Shown here in pieces: positions 10,381 to 24,289 of a DNA stretch of 64,000 nt. The stretch covers positions 33,852,001-33,916,000 of the forward strand of contig NC_067404.1 in NCBI RefSeq assembly GCF_016432865.1, written 5' to 3'. Numbering within the stretch: position 1 is the stretch's first letter; the number at the start of each line of letters is the position of its first letter. The DNA is from Antechinus flavipes. Lineage: Eukaryota. The position numbers were made by a program, and so were the translations under genes. A model generated the notes under the pieces. The model saw only the letters and a program-made list of their open reading frames with translations. It did not search any database and was not told the origin of the DNA.

Positions 10381-13154
10381 ATCATTCAGGATAAGGATGT
10401 CTCTGAAGTTGTAGGTTTCTAAAGGAGCACTGTGAAAGCCAGAAGGTGATTGAGAAAGAAGGGAATGGTTGTAGCAGCACTGGACTCTGTTCCTCTATAG
10501 ATTGGAAGGGAAATGCTACATTTTCTGTTGAAGAACCTAGGTTCAAATCCATTGCCACTTACCATCGGTGTGACCTTGGGCAAGGCTCTTCCCTTCCCTG
10601 GGCCTCAGTGTCTTTTCAGTAAAAGGAGGGCACTGAGGTCTCTGAAGTCCAGTCCAGGACTAGATCCACAATCCTATGTTCTTCCTTCCTTCTAAGGTGA
10701 TGGGCATTAAGGCCTCCTGCTTTCCCCCAGACCATATTTTAGGGCATTGATGAAGCAGAGTTTTCCCCCTGACTGCCAATACTAGAATCTGGGATTAAGG
10801 TGGTCCCACACTGGTAGCCATTTGAGACTTCATCCCTCCTTGTCAGGAGCAGCAGAATTCTTATGGCATCCCAGTTGCAGAGACTTAACATTTTGCATGA
10901 TCATCTATTGAGCATCACGTTAGCCTACTACTTTCTGCTCGTCCATAATATACTCTGGACCATTTGCCTTGGCATGGGACCAGGGCCCCCTGGATTCTCA
11001 ATCTTGCTCTGCTTGGTTTCTTTTGGCTTCAGAGTCTAGAAAGAGCTGTTGCTGTTGCATATAGTATCTTTTAAGTAAATTGGTTTTCCCATCACTACAA
11101 TGGGATGCCATGCGATTGAAACTGACACAGTAGGTGCTTAATAAATGCTCATTGCCTTGGCTTGGTTTCACTTGACTACCTTACAGCTTCCCTTATAGCA
11201 TACGCCAGCCAATGGGAGATGATCTGCAAATTACACAGTTGGGAAGTGGCAAAGGCAGGACATGAACACAGGATTTCCTGGGTCTGGACTCCAGTCTGTT
11301 TCTTTCTGTCTTCTTCCCAGGTCCCCAGAGTGGTATTGCCAAGTCTCAGCTCTTTGGCTTTTCTCCTCTTATTGGGCAAATGTTCCCCTGAGATCTCTCA
11401 GGTTGTTAAAGTCCTACAGCCAGCATTCACATAATCGTACCCATTTACTGACACCCTCCTCCTCAATAGAAGGGAAGTGCCATTTCTTTATCCTGTCTGG
11501 CTGCACTCTTTTTCCAGGCTGTGTTCTTAATTGATGACCTAGAAATCCATTCCCAGCCAACCCTAGCAGGCGCCTGGCAAGGGTCACTCCAGCCCTTTGC
11601 CCCCCATTGTCTTAATTGAGAAATGGAGGTACTGCTAGACTCCCCAAGTAGGCCCCAGGTTTCATTGGCCCAACCGGAGTCCAGCATGGGCTGGCTCCCC
11701 TCCCACTCCCTGTTGTTGGCATGAAAGCCTCAGGCTCACTCCTCTGGGATTTATTTTTTCTGCTTCCAGAGGAAAACAGTTGGGCCTTTGAGCTACAGGC
11801 TTTCGAGCCCTTAAACCAAATACAATCCCGTTGAGACTGGGTATCCATTTACTGAGCAAAACCATAAAATCTCCTTTCAAAGAAAGTAGGAGTATGTTGT
11901 TTTTTTTTAAAGACCTACCCACTCACCCCAAAAAAACACCTAATCCACAAAATCTCAGGGAGATTTATAGTATAGTATCTTAAGACTTCTTGGAGCTAAG
12001 TTTGCTCTTACAACAGAGCCCTTGGACGACTCCAGTATAAGTGAATCAGACAGGGCCTGATCAGATTTCTCTTGAAATACACCAAGTTTAGAGAAGGAAG
12101 AGGACAAGGCCAGGCCAAATGCACTCTGGGTTTTGGGCAAGGCTCTTGGGATAGCTAGAATCACATAGTCTCAGCCAAAGTTTCCCACAGAGATAAGGAC
12201 TGGAGTGGGTTCTGGTCTAGGACAGACCCCCCACTACCTCCCTGCTTTACAACTCCCCAAATCCCCTCACCTCATACACACATGTACATGCACATACACA
12301 CGCATGTGCACACACACACACACGTCCACAGCCAAATCTCCATTACAAGCTGGAGCTCAATTCACTTTTCTGAGACAGGCCAGGCCTGAAATTCATGCTT
12401 GCTGTGGCACCCTCCCAAATCAGTCCCTCTGCATGCAAAACCACCCCTAGACTCCCAGTTAAGGGCCCCTTGGAAACAACACTGCAGAGGAACAGGGGAT
12501 AATCAGATGTCAGATTTCACAAGTGCCGTACACTCATCCTCAACTTGGAGACTCCCAAAGTCCCATTTGAGAAATAAGGAAACTGTGGCACACAGATAGG
12601 AAATGGCTTGCCCAAGATTCCAGAGTCGGTTACTAGCAAAATCAAGGTTGCAATCCAGGTGTTCTGATTCTAAGGCCAGCTCTTCTTCAAGTCCACAGTA
12701 CTCTCTTCTTGCCACAATTTCCTCTGTGCCCATAGTGGCAAAAGTTTGGATCTTGGAGCCAGAAAACCCCAGACCTCAACATTTGAGCTCTGATACTTCC
12801 CACCTTTCTGTATGAGTCTGAGCAAGCATCTCTTAGCTGGATGTCATCTAGAATCATGGCATTTGGGTCTGGAACCTCCTCCACATCTCTCTGCCACATG
12901 TTGATACATTTCAAATGACCTTTTCCTATTTCATGACTAGTAAACTCACTCCTTTCTTCTTCTTGTTGGGATCCAGAGTCAAAGACCTTGACAAGTCCCA
13001 CTGGAATCTCCATCCTACTTTTCTCTCCCTTCCACGATCCCTTCAGATTTTCTCCCCTTCTTCCCCTGTTCTCTTTTTTCTCTCTCTTCTTCTCTTCCCC
13101 CCATCTCCCATACATCTGTGTATATGTACACATATACATATATAACATACAAGC

Positions 13155-13156
13155 AT

Positions 13157-13183
<27 letters not shown>
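13155..13183. repeat. (CA)n microsatellite
   Basis: Direct inspection. Confidence 0.95.
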
Positions 13184-13189
<6 letters not shown>

Positions 13190-13585
13190 AAAACATATAT
13201 AACTGATATTTATATTCTTAGCAGTGATTCTTTGAGTCAATGGGCAAGAACATGTTAGCCATTACTTTAATATAGTTCTAAATCGTGTTCCAGAATGGTT
13301 CAATCAATTCACCGCTCTACCAACAACATATCAATGTGCCCACCTTTCCATAACCCCTCAAATATTGATTATTTCCATCTTTTATCATTTTATCCACTTT
13401 CTAGATGTGAGCTAAAACCTCAAGGTTTGTTCTGATTTGCATTTCTTTCATTATCAGTAATTTGAAACAATATTTCATATGTTAAGATTTTGCAATTCTT
13501 TTGAGAATTTTTTGTTTATATTTTTTAAACATTCACTTGCTATTATACATGGATGTTAATTCCTAATACATCTTGGAATATTCTC

Positions 13586-15051
13586 TTTATTATTATTATT
13601 AATATCATAACTTTTTATTGACAGAACATATGCCTGGGTAATTTTTACAACATTATCCCTTGCAATCACTTCTGTTCCGACTTTTCCCTTCTCTCCCTCC
13701 ACCCTCTCCCCTACATGGCAGGCAGCCTTATACATATTAAATAGGTTACAGTATATCCTAGATACAATATATGTGTGTAGAACCAAACAGTTCTCCTTTT
13801 GCACAGGAAGAATTGGATTCAGAAGGTAAAAATAGTCTGGGAAGAAAAACAAAAATGCAAACAGTTCACACTCATTTTCCAGTGTTCTTTCTTTGGGTAT
13901 AGCTGCTTCTGTCCATCCTTGATCAATTGGAACTGAGTTAGAGCTTCTCTTTGTCGAAGATATCCACTTCCATCAGAATACATCCTCATACAGTATCGTT
14001 GTCAAAGTGTATAATGATCTTCTGGTTCTGCTCATTTCACTCAGCATCAGTTCATGTAAGTCTCGCCAGGCCTCTCTGTATTCATCCTGCTGGTCATTTC
14101 TTACAGAACAATAATATTCCATAACATTCATATACCATAATTTACCCAGCCATTCTCCAATTGATGGGCATCCATTCATTTTCCAGTTTCTAGCCACTAC
14201 AAACAGGGCTGCTACAAACATTTTGGCACATACAGGTCCCTTTCCCTTCTTTAGTATTTCTTTGGGATATAAGCCCAATAGAAACACTGCTGGATCAAAG
14301 GGTATGCACAATTTGATAATTTTTTGGGCATAATTCCAGATTGCTCTCCAGAATGGTTGGATTCGTTCACAACTCCACCAACAATGCAATAGTGTCCCAG
14401 TTTTCCCGCATCCCCTCCAACATTCATCATTATTTTTTCCTGTCATCTTAGCCAATCTGACAGGTGTGTAGTGGTATCTCAGAGTTGTCTTAATTTGCAT
14501 TTCTCTGATCAATAATGATTTGGAACACTCTTTCATATGAGTGGTAATAGTTTCAATTTCATCCTCTGAAAATTGTCTGTTCATATCCTTTGACCATTTA
14601 TCAATTGGAGATTTGATTTCTTGATTTCTTATAAATTTGAGTCAGTTCTCTATATATTTTGGAAATGAGCCTTTATCACAACCTTTAACTGTAAAAATGT
14701 TTTCCTTCTAATCTTGTCTGCATTGGTTTTGTTTGTACAAAGGCTTTTCAATTTGATATAATCAAAATTTTCTATTTTTTGATCAATAATGATCTCTAGT
14801 TCTTTGGTCACAAATTCCTTCCTCCTCCACAAATCTGAGAGGTAAACTATTCTATGTTACTCTAATTTATTTATAATCTCATTTTTTACGCCTACATCAT
14901 GGATCCATTTTGACCTTATCTTGGTATATGGTGTTAAGTGTGGGTCCATGCTTAATTTCTGCCATACTAATTTCTACTTTTCCCAGCAGTTTTTGTCAAA
15001 TAGTGAATTCCCAAAAGTTGGGATATTTGAGTTTGTCAAACACTAAATTGA
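13586..15051 (-). mobile_element. Relatively young 5'-truncated L1 with TSD, inserted into an older L1
   Basis: ORF 13973-14584 gives 203 aa of the ORF2 C-terminal Cys-rich region (CWRGCGKTGTLLHCWW...); 3' UTR and tail present; TSD TGGAATATTCT at 13573-13583 and 15052-15062. Confidence 0.92.
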
Positions 15052-15139
15052 TGGAATATTCTTTCTAGGTAAATTTGATGCAAATATTTCCCCCCTAATA
15101 AAAAGTCTTCATTCTTGTTTTATCTGGAATTAGGGAGTG

Positions 15140-15166
15140 TATGTGTATGTTTATGTAGTTGTGTGT

Positions 15167-15202
<36 letters not shown>
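15140..15202. repeat. (TG)n microsatellite
   Basis: Direct inspection. Confidence 0.95.
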
Positions 15203-15204
<2 letters not shown>

Positions 15205-15289
15205 ACAAGACCTTCCAGTTTCATGTAATTGAAATGCTCGATTTTATCTTTTATATTCACATCCATCACTTCTTTGGTTGGAATTCCCC

Positions 15290-16390
15290 CCTAGTCTTAG
15301 CAATGATTGATGCTTCCATCCATTTATCTTTAATTATTTTTGTTATGTAATCTTTAAAATTTAAGTCAAGTATCCATTTGTAACTTATTGTAGTACACAA
15401 TGTAGGTTTCTGGGTTTAACCTAATTTCTGTCACGCTCCTTTCCAGTTTTTCCTGCATTTCTTCTCAAATAGAATGTGTTTCCCCAAGTAATTTATGTTC
15501 TCGGGATTACCAAAAACTGAGTTATTGAATTCATTGTTTGTGATTCTTTATTATCTAGTCTGTATCACTGATGAACTTTCCTTTTCTTCAACTAGTACTG
15601 AATAGTTTAAATATGTGTCTATAATATAATTTGACATGGAATTGCTATTGTCTTTTTATTCTTATTTTATTTCTTATTATTTACTTTGAGATTCTAGACC
15701 TTTTTTCCTCCAAAATGAATTGTTATAGAGTTAGATAGATCATAAAGTACCCTTTTATATTTTGGTTGATATAGTAGTAAATCTATAAAATAATGAAACT
15801 TCCTTTCACATATTATTCCTAGATTTTGTTATCACTTTATAGAAAAGCTATTTATTTTGTAGATTTATCTTTTTTGTATCCTGCTACCTTACTGAAACTA
15901 TAAATGTAAAATTGACCTCTGATCTAGGAGGACCTGAGTTCTGGTCCTGACACATACTGATAATATAACCCTGGGCAAGTAGCCTTCCCTCTCAATAGTT
16001 GAGGCAGATCTCTAAGCCTTAAAGCTGTAGAACAGCTGCCAAAGTGCATGGATAGAAGGGCTTTCCTAAGCCAGTGTTTCCTTTTATCAATGAAATCCTA
16101 TGTTCAATCCCCATCCCTATTAACAGGCTGATTTTCTTTGCTAATACTCTGAAATTTTCTAAGTAAACTACCACATTACCAGCAATTGAGGACCATGTCG
16201 TCTCCTCTTTTCCAGTGTGTATAACTTCAGTTTGTTTCTTTTGTCATATTGCTATGTCTAGAATTTTTAGAATCACATCAAATAATAGCAGGACAAAAGG
16301 GCATCCTTGCTTCCTTACATTTATGGGGAAAGCTTCTAGAGGTTATCCATTTCAAATAATGTTAGCTTTGCATTTTAGATATATTTATCA
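15290..16390 (-). mobile_element. Old L1 fragments with a plus-strand MIR-type SINE (~15915-16125)
   Basis: Antisense L1 ORF2 motifs (atagcaggacaaaagggcatccttgc); SINE head gaggacctgagttc. Confidence 0.6.
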
Positions 16391-16589
16391 TTATAAGACA
16401 AGTCAAATACAAGTATTTATTCAATTATTATTATGTGCCAGGCACTGTGCTAAGTGCTGGAGATAAAAAGAAAGGCAAAAATAGCCCCTGCATTCAAGAA
16501 ATTCATAATTTAATGGGGGAGATGATATGCAAAGAACCATATGTATACATAATATATGCTCTATAAGATTTTAAGCATAACATGTTTAA

Positions 16590-17000
16590 CCTATATTGGA
16601 TTACTTGGGTGGGGAGAAGAGAGGGGAAAAAAATTTAAAGCACAAGATTTTACAAGGATCAATGTTGATGCTTGCATTTTTGTTTTTCTTCCCGGGTTAT
16701 TTTTACCTTCTGAATCCAATTCTCCCTGTGCAACAAGAGAACTGTTCGGTTCTGCACACATATATTTGTATCTAGGATATACTGTAACCTATTTAACATG
16801 TAAAGGACTGCTTGCCATCTGGGGGAGGGGGTGGAGGGAGGGAGGGGAAAAATCGGAACAGAAGTGAGTGCAAGGGATAATGTTGTTAAAAATTACCCTG
16901 GCATGGGTTCTGTCAATAAAAAGTTATAATTTTTTTTTTTAAAAGGGTCATTGTTGAAAACTATCTCTGCATGCATTTTGGAAATAAAAAGCTATTATAA
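16590..17000 (+). mobile_element. Nested L1 3' ends (younger tail inserted into an older tail)
   Basis: Two L1 3' termini; approximate TSD aaggatcaatgttga / aagggtcattgttga. Confidence 0.75.
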
Positions 17001-17194
17001 AAAAAGATTTTAAGTATAAATGAGCTTTATATTTTATTAAAGGTTTATTTCTGCATTTATATATTATTTATCACATTAATTACATATTGCATGGATATAT
17101 AATGATACTCATGTGTGTGATATATAATTATACAGACAAAATTTTTTGCATCCATTAGGTAATTTGGATAATTTTTGTTTTTAATAGTTAATAT

Positions 17195-17425
17195 GGGGCA
17201 AGTAGGTGGCTCAGTGGATAGAGAGCTCAGTCTGAAGTCAGAAAAACCTGAGTTAAAATTTGGTCTCAGACACTTACTAGCTATGTGACTTTAAGCAAGT
17301 TTTGCATTTGCCTCAGTTTCCTCATATGTCAAATGAGTTGGAGAAGGAAACGACAAACCACTCCAGGCTCTCTGGTAAGAAAAACACAAGAGGGATCATG
17401 AAGAGATGGACACGACTGAACAACA
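17195..17425 (+). mobile_element. MAR1-type SINE
   Basis: ggggcaagtaggtggctcagtggatagag head, CORE, RTE-like tail gacacgactgaacaacaa. Confidence 0.85.
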
Positions 17426-18034
17426 ATAACATGGTTATTTAATGTTTCCCTTAATGTTACACTCTCTTTACATTACTGGTATGTATCGAATTTGGTGATA
17501 GAAATAATTTTGTGACTATATAGCTGGAGTCCATTTGCCAGCATTTTATTTTAAATTTTTGCAATAATATTCATTAGTGACGTTGCTTTAATTTTCCCTT
17601 GATGGTTTAAGGCACTACTTAAATCAACAAGCATTTATTAAACACCTGCTGTATACCAGGCACTGTGCTTAGTGCTAGGCTTACAAAGAAGGACAAAAAA
17701 TTCGATCCTGCTTTCACACAGTTTCCAGTCTAATGGAAGAGACAATGGGTAAATAACTATGTATAAACAAGCTATAAACTGGATAAATTAGAGATAAGGG
17801 AAAAAAAGCACTAGCATTAAGGAGAGCTGGGAGAGACTATTTTTTTTACTTTATGATATTTTATTTTTTCTCCAATTACATGTAAAAAATTTAACTTTTC
17901 AAAGTTTTGAGTTCCAAATTCTATAACTCCCTTCCCTCCCCTCTTCTTGAGATGCTAAGCCATCCAATATAGTTTGCACATGTGCAATCATATAGAACTT
18001 TTCTGGGAAAGACTTCTTGCAGAAGATGAGAAGT

Positions 18035-18700
18035 TTAGCTAAGGCTTTAGGCAATGCCCAGAGTTTGGGGATGGACCACGTTATCATGACCACAAAGAGG
18101 CAAGAATCATTGGATCAGACTGGAAAGATGAGAGCAGGTTATAGAAGGCTTTGAACATTAAACAGAGGAACTTAAACTTGATTATGAAGGTAATATGGAG
18201 CCACAGGTGTTTATTGAGTGGGGGAGAGAGGGAAGACAGATCTGTACTTTAGGAAGATCCATTTGATAAATGAATGGAGGATGGACTGGAGTAAAGAGAG
18301 CTTTGTGGAAAGCAGCAGCACCCTCCCCCCAACACCTATCGTAAAAGTGTGGAGAGCCTTGTATCAGGGAGAGCCCCCAACAGCTATTGCAATAGTCCAG
18401 GAATAAAGTGATTAAAGCCTTAATCATGGTGGTAACAATGTTAGAGGAGAGAAGAGGGCATATTTCAGAGGTCTTTAGAAGATATAATGGCAGGAGTAGG
18501 CAACTGATTGGATACGAGAATGAAAAAGAATAAAAAATCAAGTATGGCACTTGGTTGTGAGCCTAGGTGACTAACGAATGGCGCTATCCCGGATGATAAC
18601 AGGAAAGTTAGGAAGAGGGAAAGTTTGGGAGGAGGGAAGTAATGAATTCTGTTTTGAATATGTTGAATTTAAGATGTTGTTGGGACAATGTTGGATGTTT
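18035..18700 (-). mobile_element. L2 fragment
   Basis: gtactttaggaagatcc...ctattgcaatagtccagg...tgaatttaagatg. Confidence 0.75.
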
Positions 18701-18724
18701 ATACACACATAACAGGCGAGATGA

Positions 18725-19682
18725 ACTAAAGAGCTTAAAATAATGCAGCAAACTGGACCCCATGGGTATCACTAAGACTATGGGATGGGACCCATGACAG
18801 TAATATGGCTCCAGCTGAGTATATTTCTTATAAAAGAAATAGCCAAAGTTGGGGTGGGAGGAGGTAGGGAATCATAGAATAACATCGTATATGTTATTTC
18901 ACATGATTTCATCGTTTCACATGAGAAAAAATACTCCTGTGAACAAATCCAACAACCAGAGAAAGAAAGCTTCAGAGAGGGCATTTGGGGGAAAATTAAG
19001 ACCGGCAGAATTAGAAACTATATTGTCATCTGAGTTTACTATAGAACACCTGGAAAGAAAGAGGAAACAGATGAAGAGCTCAATAAACATATCACTATCC
19101 TGGCACAGAGGCATGATATGTTAGTGTTGGGGGACTTCAATTAGCCAAACATCTGTTGAAGCTAAAAACAGAACCACTAATCATTTTTTGACTTGTTGTA
19201 TTGATCGTTTCATCCTTCAAAGGTAAAAGAATAAACAAGGAGAAATGCTATTCTGGATCTGATTCTCACTAGCAGAGAAGAACTGGTTAACGAGGTGGAA
19301 ATGATGGGGAAGTGCGCAATTCATCTTATAATTTGTGAAAGAGAATGAGAGGAATGCTGGGAAGCCTGGCATATGGGGAGAACTGATTTCAGAGTTCAGA
19401 GAGAGGTTAGGTCCAATGGATTCATATTCTGTAGGAAAAATCAGGTCGAGATGGATGGGAACTTCTCAGGAATGAAGTTCCATGGAGCCCCTGCTCATTT
19501 AGGCAGACTGCGTGTTCTATGGACTGGAAACAGCGAGTTTCTAGGAAGTACTGGGAGCTCAAAAGGGACGAGACTGTTGCAGAATTTTCTCCCAGAGCAG
19601 AGTAATCCCAAATCACATGGGATTAGATTGGTGACATTAAGTACCACCAAGAGGGAGGTCTACCAAAATCACAGTTCAACAA
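18725..19682 (+). mobile_element. CR1/L3 LINE, endonuclease region
   Basis: Degraded GITETWWD-like (ggtatcactaagactatggg), GDFN (gggggacttcaat) and AILDLILT (gctattctggatctgattctcact) motifs. Confidence 0.8.
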
Positions 19683-19814
19683 NNNNNNNNNNNNNNNNNN
19701 NNNNNNNNNNNNNNNNNNNNNNNNNNNNNNNNNNNNNNNNNNNNNNNNNNNNNNNNNNNNNNNNNNNNNNNNNNNNNNNNNNNNNNNNNNNNNNNNNNNN
19801 NNNNNNNNNNNNNN
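19683..19814. other. Assembly gap (132 N)
   Basis: Run of N. Confidence 1.
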
Positions 19815-20744
19815 ACCTTTCCCACTTTCCTGCACATCTTTATTGTGGAGGTTGCAGCCTCCAAAATTCTAGCAAAGGTGAAAGCTGACTCACAGAAAAA
19901 AGGTACCCAAGATACAGCACCTTTCTTGTGTGATAACATTTAGCACCCTGAGCCACAGGAACTGGGGTAGATAGTGTTGAAATGATTGCCTCCCCTGTCT
20001 CCTTGAGCACTTCTCCAACAAGCATTCAGGGAAGGTGGGGAACAGGGAAGAGAAGCAGTTTGGACGCATCATTATTCAGTATTCCCTCGGAGAAAATGTA
20101 ATCATGAACTTATCCATTATCAGAGACTGGCTGTGGACGGGAACGGAGATGTCTGACCCTTCGGTTGAGGGGCAAATAGCTGACGAGAGTTGTAATACCC
20201 TATTGCAATCATTTCCTTATTTCAAGCCAGGGGCCAGCTAATATCTCCTCTTCTCTTTATCTTTAGGGAGTATATTTTAGATGAAGTTATCTATTCAGTC
20301 AAATTGCTCAGAGCTCCCAGTTAGTTGGAGATCTCTGCTTTAATATGCATTTATATCTATTTCTAATTAATCTCTGACCTCTTTGTTACGGATGCAAAAA
20401 TTGGTTACTGAAACAGCAGATTTTCTTATAGTGTCTGTGGATAGACACCTACTGGGAAGGAAATCAAGGGAAAGAGTCGGCCTTTTCTGGGAACTTCCTT
20501 CAGCCTTTTGGTAGGTGGGTACACTGGTGGTGTACACCTGAATCTATCTGCTTCTGAAATGATTTCTCTCTTTTATACAGATTCCTTCACATATAATCAA
20601 ATTGCTCACAAATGGCTCTGGTAATATACAGGCTCTGGTAATATACAGGCTCTGTTCACTGACTCTGCTTAATTGACTCAAGCAACAAGTGTTCTCATCT
20701 AATAAGAGCCATTACTTTAACAACTTTAGGAATCTACGTGGGAC

Positions 20745-20975
20745 AGTTAAAAGAACATTATTCCTGGAGTCACAATGTTCTGAGTTCAAATCCAACTTCA
20801 GACACTTCCTAGCTGTGTGATCCTGAACAAGTCACCTAACCCCTGTTTGCCTCAACTTTATGATCTACAAAATCTGGACAGTCATAGCATTTACCTCCCA
20901 AAGTTGTTGTGAGAATCAAATAAGATAATATTTGAAAAGCAAGTTGCGAACTTTAAGTGCTGTATAAATGATAGT
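20745..20975 (+). mobile_element. MIR-type SINE with (GAT)n tail
   Basis: ctgagttcaaatcc...cagacacttcctagctgtgtga...gttgttgtgagaatcaaataagataata. Confidence 0.85.
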
Positions 20976-22399
20976 GATGATGATGATGATGATGATATGA
21001 GGGGGATAATAAACAGAAGCTCACCCTCACACTTTTTTTTATTCTCATTTCTTTCAGTAAATGTTCCTAGGCTCATTAATTCAAACTATAAGAGTCCTTA
21101 AAGGTCTTCACATTCAAGTCCCTCATATTAAAGATGAGCTAAGTGAGATATAGAAGGGGCCTTAAATGACTTACCTAGGTTCTCACAACAGAGAACCTTT
21201 TGAGGTAGAATTCAAACCTAGGTTTTCCTGACTCCATGAGCAGAGCTCTTCACAGTGACTTACAATACACTTGCAATTCAATAGTTCTATTATAATCGGG
21301 GCACATTGTGGTTAAGCATGATCACTATAGATCTGATTGTAGAGATTTCCTAAAAGTTTTGGGTGGAGGAAAGTGAATGGATCAATCAATCCGGGCACAA
21401 TCTGTTCCCATGTGCCTGGAACATGCTCACTATTCTACTCCAAATACTAATCTCCCTGACTTCCAACTAAAATCCCACCTCTTATGGGAAGCCTTTCCCA
21501 TCCTCTTCAAGTCCAGTGCTTTCTCTCTGGTAATTTATTTCCTATTTACCCTTTCTAGAACTTCCTTTTATAAATGAACCAAGTGAATTCATTGAGGAAA
21601 TGAATCAATTTCATGAAATATTATGGAACTCTTTTTACATTTTAAATCCTAGGTGGGACTGAGAGGAACTTGGGCCAGGATGGCGAATGGGTGGGTGAAA
21701 CAATTATGAAAAATTCACATGAGTTCTTATACACACAGAGCCCATCCTCAATCTACCAAACTTCTGTGTGTGGAAGGGCCATCCCTTGGAACACTCCTCC
21801 TGCTGCTTACATGGGTTATATTATGCCTTGTATAACATCAGAATATGCAAGAAGAAACAAGTTCAACAAAAAAAGAGAAAGGGAAGTTCTGAAGAAATGA
21901 ATGTGAATATAAAGGGAACTCCCCGATCAATCATGATTCTAAAAGGGCCCATACAAAAGATGGAAGAAAGGGCAGGACAAATCTGTCCAAAACATGGCAT
22001 AATCCTATAACAATAATATCCGGAGTGCAAGTGTTCAGAATGAGCTGAGGAAATGAAATCACAATAGAAAGCCTTTGTATAATTATTACCCATGATGTGG
22101 GAACTCTAATTTTGGGTAGATGGAATGATAATGACTAACTTCAGAAATAAGGCAGAGCTTCTCAATTTGCATTTTGCTTTTGTTTTCTCTGCCAAGGAGA
22201 ATGATCTCTAGATTGGAAAAGAAAAAAAAATGACAAAAGTGGCTATTAGGAAATTAATACCCAAGGAGATAAGTGAATGTCTAGGGGCCCTTGATGAGCA
22301 TCGGTTCCCCTCTGGTGCCTTGGACACTGAAATAATTGTTGTATTTGATGATTAAGTCATAGTGATTTTTGAAAGACTGTGAATGGATACAACAGGTAC

Positions 22400-23065
22400 T
22401 TCAGGACTGGCGAAAGGCAAATGTGATGCTGATTTTTTTTTCATGCTAAGAGAATTCTGCCTATAAACATATTCAAGTCTTCCCCATCCTTAAAAGCAAA
22501 GCAAAACACTCTCCATAGAGATCATCATTTCTCTCAGTGATCATCCTATATTTCTCTTCCTTGTCTTAGCCAAACTCCTTGAAGTTCTTCCCCTTTCTTC
22601 TCATTTTCTTCCAAACCCTCTACAATCTGACTCGCAGCCTCATCAGTCAGCTGAATCTCTCCAAATTGACCTATGTTATTTTCATAACCAATATAACTAG
22701 GACCCCTTGTTGCTCCCTAAACAAGACACTCCATTGCTCAGCTTTAGGCATTTACTTGGGCTGTTCCCATGTGCCTGGAACATGCTCACTATTCTACTCC
22801 AAATACTAATCTCTCTGACTTCCAACTAAAATCCCACGTCTTCCAGGAAGCCTTTCCCAATCTCTCTTAATTCCAGTGCTTTCTCTCTGGTAATTTATTT
22901 CCTATGTACCCTTTGTAGAACTTCCTTTTATAAATTTGTTTGCAGGTTGCCTTCCCTTTGGATTGTTAGCTCCTTGAGGGAAGTGGCTATTTTGCCTCTT
23001 TTTGTATCTTCAGTGCTTAGCACAGTGCCTGGCACATAGACACTTAATAAATGTTTATGATTGAT
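22400..23065 (+). mobile_element. L2 3' region
   Basis: cagcctcatcagtcagctgaatc...ggaagcctttcc...cttagcacagtgcctggcacatag. Confidence 0.75.
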
Positions 23066-23186
23066 TGAATGACAAACATCTTTTGTTCCCTTTAGCACAG
23101 TGTCAGCAACCACTATTACTCATCTTTTCTTCCTTTGGCTCTTTCTTCTCTTTTTTTAGGAGATTTTTTTTAATGAAGTTTTTTTT

Positions 23187-23334
23187 CCAATTTTTTTTCC
23201 TGAGGCAATTGGGGTTAAGTGACTTGCCCAGGGTCACATAGCTAGGCCATGTTAAGAGTCTGAGGTCAGATTTGAACTCAGGTCCTCCTGGCTTCAGGAC
23301 TGATGCTCTAACCACTATGGCATCTGGCTGCCTC
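23187..23334 (-). mobile_element. WSINE1 with TSD
   Basis: Full antisense WSINE1; TSD ttaatgaagttttttt on both sides. Confidence 0.9.
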
Positions 23335-23344
23335 TTAATGAAGT

Positions 23345-24205
23345 TTTTTTTTAATTTTCTAAACATATACAAGGATAATTTTTCAATGTTGACCCTTGAA
23401 AAACCTTGTGTTCCAATTTTCCCCCTTCCTTCCACCCCCTTCCCTATATGGCAAGTAATTCAATATATGTTAAATATGGTAAAATACATTTTAACCTAAT
23501 ATGGACATACATATTCATACAATTATCTTGCTGCACAAGAAAAAAAAAACAAGAAAAAAAATGAGAAAGAAAATAAAATTCAAACAAACCATAAAAAGAG
23601 TAAAATGTTATGTTGGGATCCACACTCAGTTCCCACAGGCCTCTCTCTAGTTGTAGATGGCTCTCTCCATCACAAGATCATTGGAACTGGCCTCTATCAC
23701 CTCATTGTTAAAAAAAAAAAGAGTCACAGCCATCAGCATTGATCATTGTATAATCTTGCTGTTGCCATGTACAATGATCTCCTGGTTCAGCTCATTTCAC
23801 TCAGCACCAGTTCGTGTAAGTCTCCAGGTCTCTCTGAAATCATCCTGGTGGTCATTTCTTATAGAACAATAATATCCCATAACATTCATATGCCATAATT
23901 TATTCATCCATTTCCCAACTGATGAACATCCACTCAGTTTCCAGTTCCTTGCCACTACAAAAAGGGCTGCTACAAACATTTTTGCACATGTGGGTCCCTT
24001 CCCCTCCTTTAAGATCTCTTTGAGATACAAGCTCAGTAGAAACACTGCTGGGTCAAAGGGTATGCAGTTTGATAGCTCTTTGGACATAGTTCCAAATTAT
24101 TCTCCAGAAGGCTTGGATCAGTTCACAACTCCATCAACAATGTCTCAGTGTCCCAGTTTTCCCATATCCCCTCCAACATTGGTCATTATCTTTTCCTGTC
24201 ATCTT
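23345..24205 (-). mobile_element. L1 3' UTR plus ORF2 C-terminus
   Basis: ORF 23797-24087 is L1 ORF2-like (IPFDPAVFLLSLY...AALFVVARNWK). Confidence 0.9.
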
Positions 24206-24289
24206 ATTGGCTCTTTCTTGTCAATGGCACCTCTAGATCTAGATAATAATTCTTAGGAGAGTAAAAAAACTCTGAGCACCCAGTTTCTT

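Noticed and set aside
13973-14584. 203 aa ORF as a host gene (also 23797-24087, 6501-6695)
   Set aside because: These are L1 ORF2 C-terminal sequence.
19893-20620. Further exon-like segments (minus ~19893-20015; plus ~20269-20321 and 20581-20620)
   Set aside because: They conflict in strand, have several open frames or weak sites, and give no recognisable peptide; this is expected background.
20614-20654. 17 bp tandem duplication ggctctggtaatataca
   Set aside because: Ordinary slippage event.
23011-23020. CACAGTG heptamer as a V(D)J recombination signal
   Set aside because: It is part of the L2 3' end; there is no nonamer or V segment.
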